64,000 nt of DNA from Candidatus Coatesbacteria bacterium (lineage in GTDB: Bacteria > RBG-13-66-14), in assembly GCA_014728225.1 (NCBI GenBank), contig WJLX01000050.1, positions 3,008-67,007 of the forward strand, written 5' to 3'. Each line of letters begins with the position of its first letter. Position 1 is the first letter of the stretch. Below, in pieces: positions 48,037-56,298 of this stretch. The position numbers and the translations under genes were made by a program. A model generated the notes under the pieces. The model did not search any database. It saw nothing but the letters and a program-made list of their open reading frames with translations, and was not told the DNA's origin.

Positions 48037-48047
48037 GGGCGACCTCG

Positions 48048-49199
48048 TCAGCGGTTGTCGAGTTCGGTCAGCAGACGGCGGGCGGTCGCTCGGCCGCGAT
48101 CCAGGGCCGTGCGGACCTCGTCGAGGGAACGGTAATCCGGGGCGCCGAGTTCGTCCAGCACCCGTTCCAGGATGACCGGGATCCCGGTGAAGGGCAGGCG
48201 GCCTTCGAGGAAGGCGGCCACGGCGACCTCGTCGGCCGCAGAGATATGGGCGGGGGCCAGGCCGCCGGCCTCCCAGGCCCGCCGGGCCAGGCCCAGGCAG
48301 GGGAAGCGCACCTCGTCGGGGGGTTCGAAGTCCAGCCGGCCGACCATTGACAGGTCGAGCTTCGGAGCGGGGCCGGGCCGGCGCTGCGGAGACGTCAGCG
48401 CGTACTGGATCGGCAACAGCATGTCCGGGGCGCCGAGCTGGGCGACGACGGAGCCGTCGACGTACTCGACCAGGCTGTGGACCACGCTCTGAGGATGGAC
48501 GACGACGTCGACACGCTCGACGTCGAAGAGCCAGTGGGCCTCGATCAGCTCCAGGCCTTTATTGAATAGGGTGGCGGAGTCGATGGTGATCTTGGCGCCC
48601 ATCGACCAGTTGGGATGCTCGAGGGCTTCGCCCGGGGTGACGTCACCCAGCTTTTCGCGTTCGCGGAAGGGCCCGCCCGAGGCGGTCAGGATCAGTCGCT
48701 CGACATCACCGACACCGCGTTCGCCCAGGCACTGCCAGATGGCCGAGTGCTCGGAGTCGACGGGCAGTAGTCGGACGTTGAATTCCGCCGCGGCCGTGGT
48801 GAACAGCTTACCGGCGGCGACGAGGACTTCCTTGTTGGCCAGGGCGATGTCCTTGCCGGCGGCCATGGCGGCGTGGACGGCCTCGAGTCCCACGGAACCG
48901 GAGCTGGCGGCGACGAAGGTGTCGGCGCCCTCCAGTTCGGCCAGGTCCAGCAGCCCCCGGGGTCCGGCGGCGACCTCCGTCGGCGCATCGAGCTCGCGCA
49001 GCTTCAGCCGCAGCCGCTCGGCGGCCTCGACATCGTAGAGCGCGGCCAGCAGCGGCCGGAATTCCTCGATCTGGGCCAGGACCTCGTCGACCTCGTCCAG
49101 GGCGCCGACGCCGACCACGGGCAGCTCCAGCTCCCGGGCCACGCGCAGGGTGTTGGTGCCGATCGAGCCCGTCGAGCCGAGGATCGCCAGGGAGCGCAT
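48048..49199 (-). CDS. dxr: 1-deoxy-D-xylulose 5-phosphate reductoisomerase
   Basis: ILGSTGSIGTNTL, typical Dxr blocks. Confidence 0.9.
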   Translation of the reverse strand: MRSLAILGSTGSIGTNTLRVARELELPVVGVGALDEVDEVLAQIEEFRPLLAALYDVEAAERLRLKLRELDAPTEVAAGPRGLLDLAELEGADTFVAASSGSVGLEAVHAAMAAGKDIALANKEVLVAAGKLFTTAAAEFNVRLLPVDSEHSAIWQCLGERGVGDVERLILTASGGPFREREKLGDVTPGEALEHPNWSMGAKITIDSATLFNKGLELIEAHWLFDVERVDVVVHPQSVVHSLVEYVDGSVVAQLGAPDMLLPIQYALTSPQRRPGPAPKLDLSMVGRLDFEPPDEVRFPCLGLARRAWEAGGLAPAHISAADEVAVAAFLEGRLPFTGIPVILERVLDELGAPDYRSLDEVRTALDRGRATARRLLTELDNR

Positions 49200-49248
49200 C
49201 CGTTTCCTTCCGTTCAGGTGTTGTAGATTATCATGAGATATCGAGCGC

Positions 49249-50109
49249 TTAATCGAAGCCCACGCGGTAGAGGAAGATGACCACCTGTTCGACGGCGGCG
49301 AGGTAGAGCAGGGTCGCGGGGGCGGCGACGAGGAAGCTGTCCAGGCGGTCGAGGACGCCGCCGTGGCCGGGTATCAGCCTGCCGGTATCGTCGAGACCGG
49401 CGCGGCGCTTGAGGGCCGAGATCAGCAGGTCGCCGACCAGGGCGAAGGCGGCGACGACGAGGCCGAAACCGATAGCCACGCCGTCGCCCAGGGCGGTGTC
49501 GAGCAGCCAGCGGTCGAGGGCCCAGGCGGCGCCGGCGGCGAAGAACAAACCAAAGATCAACCCGGCGACGGTCTTCTTGGGGCTCAGCTCCGGGGTCAGC
49601 TTGCGCCGGCCCAGGAGTTTGCCGAAGATGTAGGCGGCGGTGTCCGCCGTCCAGAGGGCGGCCAGGAAGAGCAACAGCCGCTGTCCGCCGGACACCCCGC
49701 GGCCGAGCAGAAAGGCGGCGCCCAGTCCTAAGCCTACGTGGAGGGCGGCCAGGCTGGTTCCCAGGGGCCGGCCGCCCGCCGCGGGCTTGACCAGCAGCAC
49801 CACTGGGGTGGTGACGATCAGCGCCCCCAGGGTGCCCAGGGCCAACCCGCCGAGGTCCCGGGCCCAGGCGCCGCCGATGATCAGCACGGCGCCAACGACG
49901 GCGGCCCCCCGGTACGGCCGCCAGGGCACGGGCAGCAGCCCGGCGTACTCGTTGACAGACAGCACGGCCAAGGCGATCAGCAGGCCCAGCCAGGGCCACC
50001 AGGCGCCCCACCAGGCCGCCGCCACGAAGACCCCGGCCCACAACAGGCCGAAGATGCCCCGCAGCAGCAGCTTGATCCCGCTCCGCCGCTTGTTGTCCGT
50101 CTCAACCAT
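49249..50109 (-). CDS. cdsA: phosphatidate cytidylyltransferase
   Basis: C-terminal GHGGVLDRLDSFL signature. Confidence 0.85.
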   Translation of the reverse strand: MVETDNKRRSGIKLLLRGIFGLLWAGVFVAAAWWGAWWPWLGLLIALAVLSVNEYAGLLPVPWRPYRGAAVVGAVLIIGGAWARDLGGLALGTLGALIVTTPVVLLVKPAAGGRPLGTSLAALHVGLGLGAAFLLGRGVSGGQRLLLFLAALWTADTAAYIFGKLLGRRKLTPELSPKKTVAGLIFGLFFAAGAAWALDRWLLDTALGDGVAIGFGLVVAAFALVGDLLISALKRRAGLDDTGRLIPGHGGVLDRLDSFLVAAPATLLYLAAVEQVVIFLYRVGFD

Positions 50110-50303
50110 CGCTTCGTCGATAACCTCTGGGGCGCACAGAGCCGCTCGGCTTGCTCGTCAACGTCTACCGCGCCGCGGCGCTGCAACCGGTACGGCATTT
50201 GAGCTAACTGCCACAGCGCGGCGGACATAGGCAAGGACCCCGGCGGGGTCCATGATAGCATTCCCGAGGTGTGAAGGGAAAAGGCCACCTCGAGCCGCGG
50301 GGC

Positions 50304-50699
50304 TCAATAGCCCAGGTCGAGTTCGACGAGCACCGCGCCGTCGGGCTGGACGACCATCGTCACCTGGTAGGCCGACGAATCCTCGATGTACTCGCCCCGG
50401 GATTCGACGCATGAGCCGTCGGGGCGGCGGTAGCTGATCCAGACCAGGCTCTCGCCCTCGACGCCCTCGAGGTCGACTGCGGTGCGTCCGCCGTCGGTCA
50501 GCTCGCCCAGGGTGAACTCGTGCCCCTCCTCGAGGTGGGCGGTCAGGTCCTCGACGGTCTCCCGGCTCTGGTTGATCACCGTCAGCGTGGCCCCGGCGTA
50601 GCCGTCGCCGGCGTCGGTCAACAGGTAGACCAGCACGGCGCCGGCGCAGGTCACCAGCAGGATGGTGATTATCCGTTTCAGCCGCGCGCTATCCATCAT
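50304..50699 (-). CDS. hypothetical membrane-anchored protein
   Basis: N-terminal signal-anchor; located between uppS and cdsA. Confidence 0.4.
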   Translation of the reverse strand: MMDSARLKRIITILLVTCAGAVLVYLLTDAGDGYAGATLTVINQSRETVEDLTAHLEEGHEFTLGELTDGGRTAVDLEGVEGESLVWISYRRPDGSCVESRGEYIEDSSAYQVTMVVQPDGAVLVELDLGY

Positions 50700-51480
50700 C
50701 CTCCCCCTGCAGTTGATCGCCCAGACGGCCGAAGCGCCGCTCCCGCCCGGCGTAGGCCGCCAGGGCCTTGTAGAGCTCCTCGCGGGAGAAGTCGGGCCAG
50801 TAGGCTTCCGTTACATAGATCTCGGCGTAGGCGATCTGCCAGAGCAGGAAGTCCGACACCCGCAGCTCCCCCGAGGTGCGCACCAGCAGATCGACGTTGG
50901 GTTGCCCAGCCGTGTAGAGGCGGCGTTCGATCAGCCCCTCGGTTATCGGCTGCTCGTCGATCACCCCGTCGGCCATGTCGCGGCGCAGGGCGTTGACGGC
51001 GTCGCAGATCTCGGCCCGGCCGCCGTAGCTGACCGCCAGGTTGAGGTTCAGCCCGCTGTTGGCCGCCGTGGTGATCTCGTCCTCGCGCACCGCGTCCATG
51101 ACGAACTCCGGCAGCAGCTCCCGCCGTCCCAACACCCGGAAGCGGATGTTGGAGTCCATCATCTCCTCCAGCTCACTCTTCAGAAATTTTACTAAGAGCC
51201 GCATTAGCGTGTTGACTTCGCTCTTCGGCCGGTTCCAGTTGTCCAGGCTGAAGGCGTAGAGTGTCAGCGACTCCAGCAGCAGGTCGCCGCAGGCGCGGAC
51301 GATGTCCTTGGCCCGCTCCATCCCCCGGCGGTGGCCGAAGACCCGGGGCCGTTTACGCTTGGCCGCCCAGCGGCCGTTGCCGTCCATGATGATCGCCAGG
51401 TGGCGCGGCAGCCTGGCGAAGCTCGGCACCTCCGGCTTCTCGGCGTGGGGGTCGAAGCTGTGTTTTTTCCGTAGCGGCAT
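50689..51480 (-). CDS. uppS: ditrans,polycis-undecaprenyl-diphosphate synthase
   Basis: HLAIIMDGNGRWA, LTLYAFSLDNWNRP. Confidence 0.9.
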   Translation of the reverse strand: MPLRKKHSFDPHAEKPEVPSFARLPRHLAIIMDGNGRWAAKRKRPRVFGHRRGMERAKDIVRACGDLLLESLTLYAFSLDNWNRPKSEVNTLMRLLVKFLKSELEEMMDSNIRFRVLGRRELLPEFVMDAVREDEITTAANSGLNLNLAVSYGGRAEICDAVNALRRDMADGVIDEQPITEGLIERRLYTAGQPNVDLLVRTSGELRVSDFLLWQIAYAEIYVTEAYWPDFSREELYKALAAYAGRERRFGRLGDQLQGEDDG

Positions 51481-51666
51481 GGGGCGGGGGTTTGTCCGTT
51501 CCGGGTGCGCCGGGTGGGGTTGGCGGGGGCTTTGGCAGTATAGCCCCGCCCCCGGGGGCTGTCAAGGCGGGGTGGGCGGGATTGATGACTATCGCCTGTC
51601 GACAAATAAGTCAAACATATTGATATTGGAGATTGTTGTTACAACCGAGACGTCAGGAGGCTGTAA

Positions 51667-51963
51667 ATGGGATCTGGATACGATTACTACATCTCCTGCT
51701 GCTCATACAGCAGCGGACACATCAGTAGCGCCGGGGTGCATGAGAACCTGCATGGATCGTTGGGAAGCAAGGTCATCCGTTCGAGGTCTTGGATTGTTGG
51801 CAGGATTAAGGCAATGTACTCCTTCTGCACCATCGTCAGAACGGCGGGGAGGTGGCGCAAGGGTGCCAAGGTCAATGTCATCACCGTCGGGGGTAATCTG
51901 TATCTGAGAACGGACGCTAACCGGACAAAGCGTGACAATCTCGGCGAGTTGCCCGAGTGCTGA
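51667..51963 (+). CDS. small Cys-rich hypothetical protein (98 aa)
   Basis: aggagg RBS 7 nt upstream, terminator downstream, lower-GC segment; no homology recognised. Confidence 0.4.
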   Translation: MGSGYDYYISCCSYSSGHISSAGVHENLHGSLGSKVIRSRSWIVGRIKAMYSFCTIVRTAGRWRKGAKVNVITVGGNLYLRTDANRTKRDNLGELPEC

Positions 51964-51989
51964 CCCCCGGCCGGTTCAAGGTCTGATTA

Positions 51990-52017
51990 AACCGCAGCCC
52001 GCGCGCTGCGGTTTGTC
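51990..52017 (+). terminator. rho-independent terminator
   Basis: accgcagcccgcgcgctgcggt followed by ttgtcatt. Confidence 0.5.
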
Positions 52018-52208
52018 ATTGTGCGACTGAGGGGCTATACTGGTGTAATTGACCCTTACGAACTTGCTGCGAAATCCAGAGCGATGAAACCGAACACCCG
52101 CCCCCGTTGAATGGTCGTCGGCGACGTCGATCCTGCCGTCACCGGCGAGCCGGAGTTCAGCGAACGCGTGACAGTGACTTGTTTACCCAACCGGACCCGA
52201 GGAGGTCG

Positions 52209-52811
52209 ATGATGAAACGTTTACTGGTGCTATTCCTTTCCATCCTGCTGCTGACCTTCGTTCTGACGGGCTGTGACAGTGCGACAGACGGCGACGGCGA
52301 CGGTGGTGGTGACGGCGGCGGCGACGGTGGCGACGATCCCGGCGAGCTGGGCTGGGCCTTCGATATCGCCGACGGCGTCAGCGAGGTCGAAGACCTGTTG
52401 ATCATCCTCGGCGGCTACATCGACGGCGACGGCGAGCTCGACGATCAGATGGGCACGTGGACCTTCATCTTCGGCGACGTCGACGGCTCTCAGGACCAGG
52501 TCTATCAGGTAACGGTCTTCCCCGACGGTTCCCACGGCGCCGAGTGGGTCGAGGCCGGCGACTTCGATCCCTTCTGGACGGCGATCCCCGAGTACCGCAG
52601 CGCCGCCGACTGGGTCGCCAAGGCCGACGACGCCGTTTCCGGAACGACCTTCGACAGCCGGACCCTGATGGTAGAGTACGACGGCCTCGGCGAGTTCACC
52701 GCCGCCGACAACATCTGCTGGGTGGTTTACCTCAATACCGACTACCAGCCCGTGGCCATGGTCATCCTGGACGCCGACGACGACGACGTGCTGGATACGT
52801 TCATCTATTAG
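52209..52811 (+). CDS. acidic Gly/Asp-repeat lipoprotein
   Basis: MMKRLLVLFLSILLLTFVLTGC lipobox; DGDGDGGGDGGGDGGDD repeats. Confidence 0.6.
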   Translation: MMKRLLVLFLSILLLTFVLTGCDSATDGDGDGGGDGGGDGGDDPGELGWAFDIADGVSEVEDLLIILGGYIDGDGELDDQMGTWTFIFGDVDGSQDQVYQVTVFPDGSHGAEWVEAGDFDPFWTAIPEYRSAADWVAKADDAVSGTTFDSRTLMVEYDGLGEFTAADNICWVVYLNTDYQPVAMVILDADDDDVLDTFIY

Positions 52812-52834
52812 GTTCGTTCGGCGCGCTTGCCGAA

Positions 52835-52884
52835 GTTCTTTGTAGTTCTTTGATGTTCTTTGACGTTCTTTGACGTTCTTTGTT
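52835..52884. repeat. 10-bp tandem repeat gttctttgNN x5
   Basis: gttctttgta / gttctttgat / gttctttgac / gttctttgac / gttctttgtt, between the stop and the terminator. Confidence 0.7.
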
Positions 52885-52893
52885 GATTTCCAA

Positions 52894-52918
52894 CCCGGGC
52901 CCTCGCGGCCCGGGTTTT
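52894..52918 (+). terminator. rho-independent terminator
   Basis: cccgggccctcgcggcccggg followed by tttt. Confidence 0.65.
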
Positions 52919-53243
52919 ACTTACCTTGCGCACCTTCCAGCGGCCTTTTGACTTCCCCAGCGGGGAACGTTACAATCTGAGCGGATAAAACAACTAAAAA
53001 CCCGATCCCGCGAGGAGAAGAATCCGGGCGATGTTCCGCACCTTCCACCACAACGCCCGCACCCCCCACGGCCAGGCCTTCCGCCGCCTGCGCCTGCTCG
53101 TCCTTTTCTCCGACTCCGAACCTCCCGTTTCAGCATAGGCCCCTGACGGGGTCTCCCTTTACCCAACCGGCCCCCGGCCGGACGGTTTGCAGAGCCAAAA
53201 AAACAACCACGGGCCGCACGGCCCAAACGCTGGAGAAACAACG

Positions 53244-54575
53244 ATGGAGAAGAAAAAGGTCCTGATCATGGGAGCCGCCGGTCGCGACTTCCATAACTTC
53301 AACACCTACTTCCGCAACAACAAGGAATTCGAGGTCGTGGCCTTCACCGCCACCCAGATCCCCGACATCGACGGGCGCAAGTACCCCGCCGAGCTGGCCG
53401 GTGAGCTCTACCCCAACGGCGTACCGATCTACGACGAGTGCGAGCTGGTCAACCTGATCGAGAAGAACGACATCCACACCGTGGTCTTCTCCTACTCCGA
53501 CGTGCCCCACGAGTACGTCATGCACAAGGCCTCGATCGTCAACGCCGCCGGAGCCAACTTCGCCCTGCTGGGCGGTCCCGCGGTGACCATCGAAGCGGGC
53601 AAGCCGCTGATCAGCGTCTGCGCCGTGCGCACCGGCTGCGGCAAGAGCCAGACCTCGCGCAAGGTCATCGACACCCTGCTCAAGGCCGACAAGCAGGTCG
53701 TCGCCATCCGCCACCCCATGCCCTACGGCGATCTGGTCAAGCAGAAGGTCCAGCGCTTCGCCGAGTTGGCCGATCTCGACAAGCACAACTGCACCATCGA
53801 GGAGATGGAGGAGTACGAGCCCCACATCGCCGCCGGCAACGTCATCTACGCCGGGGTCGACTACGGCGCCATCCTGGCCGAGGCCGAGCAGGAGGCCGAC
53901 ATCATCCTCTGGGACGGCGGCAACAACGATACTCCCTTCTACAAGAGCGACCTGCACATCGTCGTCGTCGATCCCTTCCGCGCCGGTCACGAGCTGGCCT
54001 ACTACCCCGGCGAGACCAACCTGCGGATGGCCGACGTGATCGTCGTCAACAAGCTCGGCGCCGTCGATCCCGACGAGCTGGCCTACCTGCGCGAGAACAT
54101 CCGCTGCGTCAACCCCGAGGCCGTGGTCATCGAGGCCGCCAGCCCGCTGACCGTCGAGAGCCCGGAGAACATCACCGGCAAGCGCGTGCTGTGCATCGAG
54201 GACGGTCCGACGCTGACCCACGGCGAGATGACCTTCGGCGCCGCCGTGGCCGCCGCCGAGAAGTTCGGCGCCGGCAGCCTGGTCGACCCGCGCCGCTGGG
54301 CTGTAGACAGCATCGCCGAGACCTTCGAGAAGTACCCGGAGATCGGCGTCCTGCTGCCCGCCATGGGCTACGGCTCCCAGCAGATCAAGGACCTGGAGAA
54401 GACCATCAACGCCATGGTCGCCGACGGCGCCATCGACAGCGTGGTCATCGGCACCCCGATCGATCTCAACCGCATCGTCGAGATCAACTGCCCGACCAGC
54501 CGGGTCAAGTACGAGCTGCAGGAGATCGGCCATCCCGACCTGGCCGACGTCCTGTCGCAGAAGGGTTTCATGTAG
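53244..54575 (+). CDS. P-loop protein of the cyclic 2,3-diphosphoglycerate synthetase / DUF1611-like family (tentative)
   Basis: 444 aa; Walker-A-like AVRTGCGKSQTS; overall layout resembles CPGS/DUF1611 proteins. Family assignment is from memory, not a search. Confidence 0.45.
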   Translation: MEKKKVLIMGAAGRDFHNFNTYFRNNKEFEVVAFTATQIPDIDGRKYPAELAGELYPNGVPIYDECELVNLIEKNDIHTVVFSYSDVPHEYVMHKASIVNAAGANFALLGGPAVTIEAGKPLISVCAVRTGCGKSQTSRKVIDTLLKADKQVVAIRHPMPYGDLVKQKVQRFAELADLDKHNCTIEEMEEYEPHIAAGNVIYAGVDYGAILAEAEQEADIILWDGGNNDTPFYKSDLHIVVVDPFRAGHELAYYPGETNLRMADVIVVNKLGAVDPDELAYLRENIRCVNPEAVVIEAASPLTVESPENITGKRVLCIEDGPTLTHGEMTFGAAVAAAEKFGAGSLVDPRRWAVDSIAETFEKYPEIGVLLPAMGYGSQQIKDLEKTINAMVADGAIDSVVIGTPIDLNRIVEINCPTSRVKYELQEIGHPDLADVLSQKGFM

Positions 54576-54760
54576 CAACCGCTCGTTGAGGGCCGGTGAA
54601 GCGGTCTTGTGATCACCGTCCTTCTTGGACGAAGGGTCATGTTGAGCAGGCCTTCAGCCCTTCGTTGACGACGGGGAGTCTGTCTGATGATCCCCGCCCC
54701 CGTTTCGAGTGAAGGGCCATAGTACGTTGCCCTTCGTCGAATACGGTACTTCCCGCGCGA

Positions 54761-54792
54761 GGGGACGGTCCGCCCGGACCGTCCCCGTTTTT
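54761..54792 (+). terminator. rho-independent terminator
   Basis: ggggacggtccgcccggaccgtcccc followed by gttttt, about 190 nt after the stop. Confidence 0.65.
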
Positions 54793-55042
54793 CATGCTTG
54801 AAACAGGTCGCGCACCCTCGGCAGAAGAGAGCGAGCCGGGGAAGCCCGCTCAGAGCGCCGTGAGCACACCCGGGAAGATACCCGACCAAAAAACTCGAAA
54901 AATAAGCCACAATGTGATTGCCGTCACATTAATCGACAACAACAGCGGCTATTAATGTAGGTGATGCAGATGAGAAGGGGTCTCAACAAAAGCGCGATCG
55001 GTTGATCAAACGACGTTAGGCCCCATAACTTAAGGAGTTACG

Positions 55043-55465
55043 ATGAAGAAGCTCGCCTACATCTCCCTGTTCGTCCTGCTGCTGGCCTCCCTGGGCGCGG
55101 CCCAGATCAGTGACAGTCCCAATTCGCCCCGCGAGGGCATCATCCCCGATCTGGGGCCCGGCGAGATCCTCATTCCCCGTTACGACCCGGGGAACAAAAC
55201 TGAACCCCTACCGCCCAACGGTCTGCCCATGAACGCCCTGAACCCGGACGGCTACGTCGGACCCGACGATGTCAAGAATCGAGTCAACCCGACCGGCGGC
55301 TCAGCCCTGGACAGCCTGGAACAGAACCCGTCCGAGGCCGTCAACCCGCTCTACGGTATCGCTCCCTACGAGCCCCCGCGCTGGGAGCCCAAGGACCGCT
55401 TGAACCCGGAGCGCGGCGACGACTCCTTCGAACCCAAGGACCGCTTGAACCCTCAAGCTCGGTAG
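55043..55465 (+). CDS. secreted Pro/Asn-rich repeat protein
   Basis: Signal peptide; repeated EPKDRLNP units. Confidence 0.5.
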   Translation: MKKLAYISLFVLLLASLGAAQISDSPNSPREGIIPDLGPGEILIPRYDPGNKTEPLPPNGLPMNALNPDGYVGPDDVKNRVNPTGGSALDSLEQNPSEAVNPLYGIAPYEPPRWEPKDRLNPERGDDSFEPKDRLNPQAR

Positions 55466-55633
55466 GCTCGACCAGCGGCAGACCGGGCTCGCGAAGGACT
55501 GTTAACAGTCGACAAACCGCATATTAACGTTGGGACAATCCGGCGGCCCATGGGTCGCCGGGTTGTCGATTACGCCGACGGGGTCGAATGTTGTATACTT
55601 GATACTCAACCTACAACACACGGGAGGTCATCA

Positions 55634-56188
55634 ATGATCAAGCGCGGCAACCTGATCCCCCTGGGCACCATCGCCCTGGGCATGAGTACCCTGATGCTCG
55701 GTCTCTACCTGACGAACCTGTTCCAGACCTACGGCGGACTGGAATCGTTGTTGCCCATCGGGTTGAACATGGGCGGCCTGGCCCAGGTGCTGATCGGCAT
55801 CTTATGCTACTTCCGCGGCAGTACCCGCGAGGCGACGGCCTTCCTCGCCGTGGGTCTGTTCTGGTTCGGTTACGGCTTCGTCGGTCTGGGCTCGTTATTT
55901 GGTGAGGGCGGCGCCCTGATCGGCTTCTTCTACCTGCTGTGGCTGGTCCTCGTCGGCAGCTTAGCCCTGATCTACTGGAAGCGCGGCAGCCATATCCGCG
56001 CCGCGGGTTACGCCGGACTGGCCCTGTGCTTCTTCTTCCAGGCCCTGGCCCACTGGACCACCCTGGGGCTGCTGTCGATCAGCGGCGGGGTGATGGCCGT
56101 GCTGGGCGGTCTGCCCCTGCTCCATCTCGGGCTGAAGTCCTTCATCGACAAGGCCGTAGCGGAGCCGGAACTGGAAGACGAGGTCTAA
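55634..56188 (+). CDS. GPR1/FUN34/YaaH (SatP-like acetate/succinate channel) family membrane protein
   Basis: 184 aa, 6 TM; N-terminal NLIPLGTIALGMSTLMLGL parallels the NPAPLGL signature; gggagg RBS. Confidence 0.5.
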   Translation: MIKRGNLIPLGTIALGMSTLMLGLYLTNLFQTYGGLESLLPIGLNMGGLAQVLIGILCYFRGSTREATAFLAVGLFWFGYGFVGLGSLFGEGGALIGFFYLLWLVLVGSLALIYWKRGSHIRAAGYAGLALCFFFQALAHWTTLGLLSISGGVMAVLGGLPLLHLGLKSFIDKAVAEPELEDEV

Positions 56189-56298
56189 CGGAAAACCCGC
56201 TGCGGATCCAGACGAACCGGCCGTAACCTCCGGCCTTCTATGTGACAGCTAAGGCCGCCGCCGCTTACGTTTCCGCTTGATCGAAGAAAGGAAAACCC

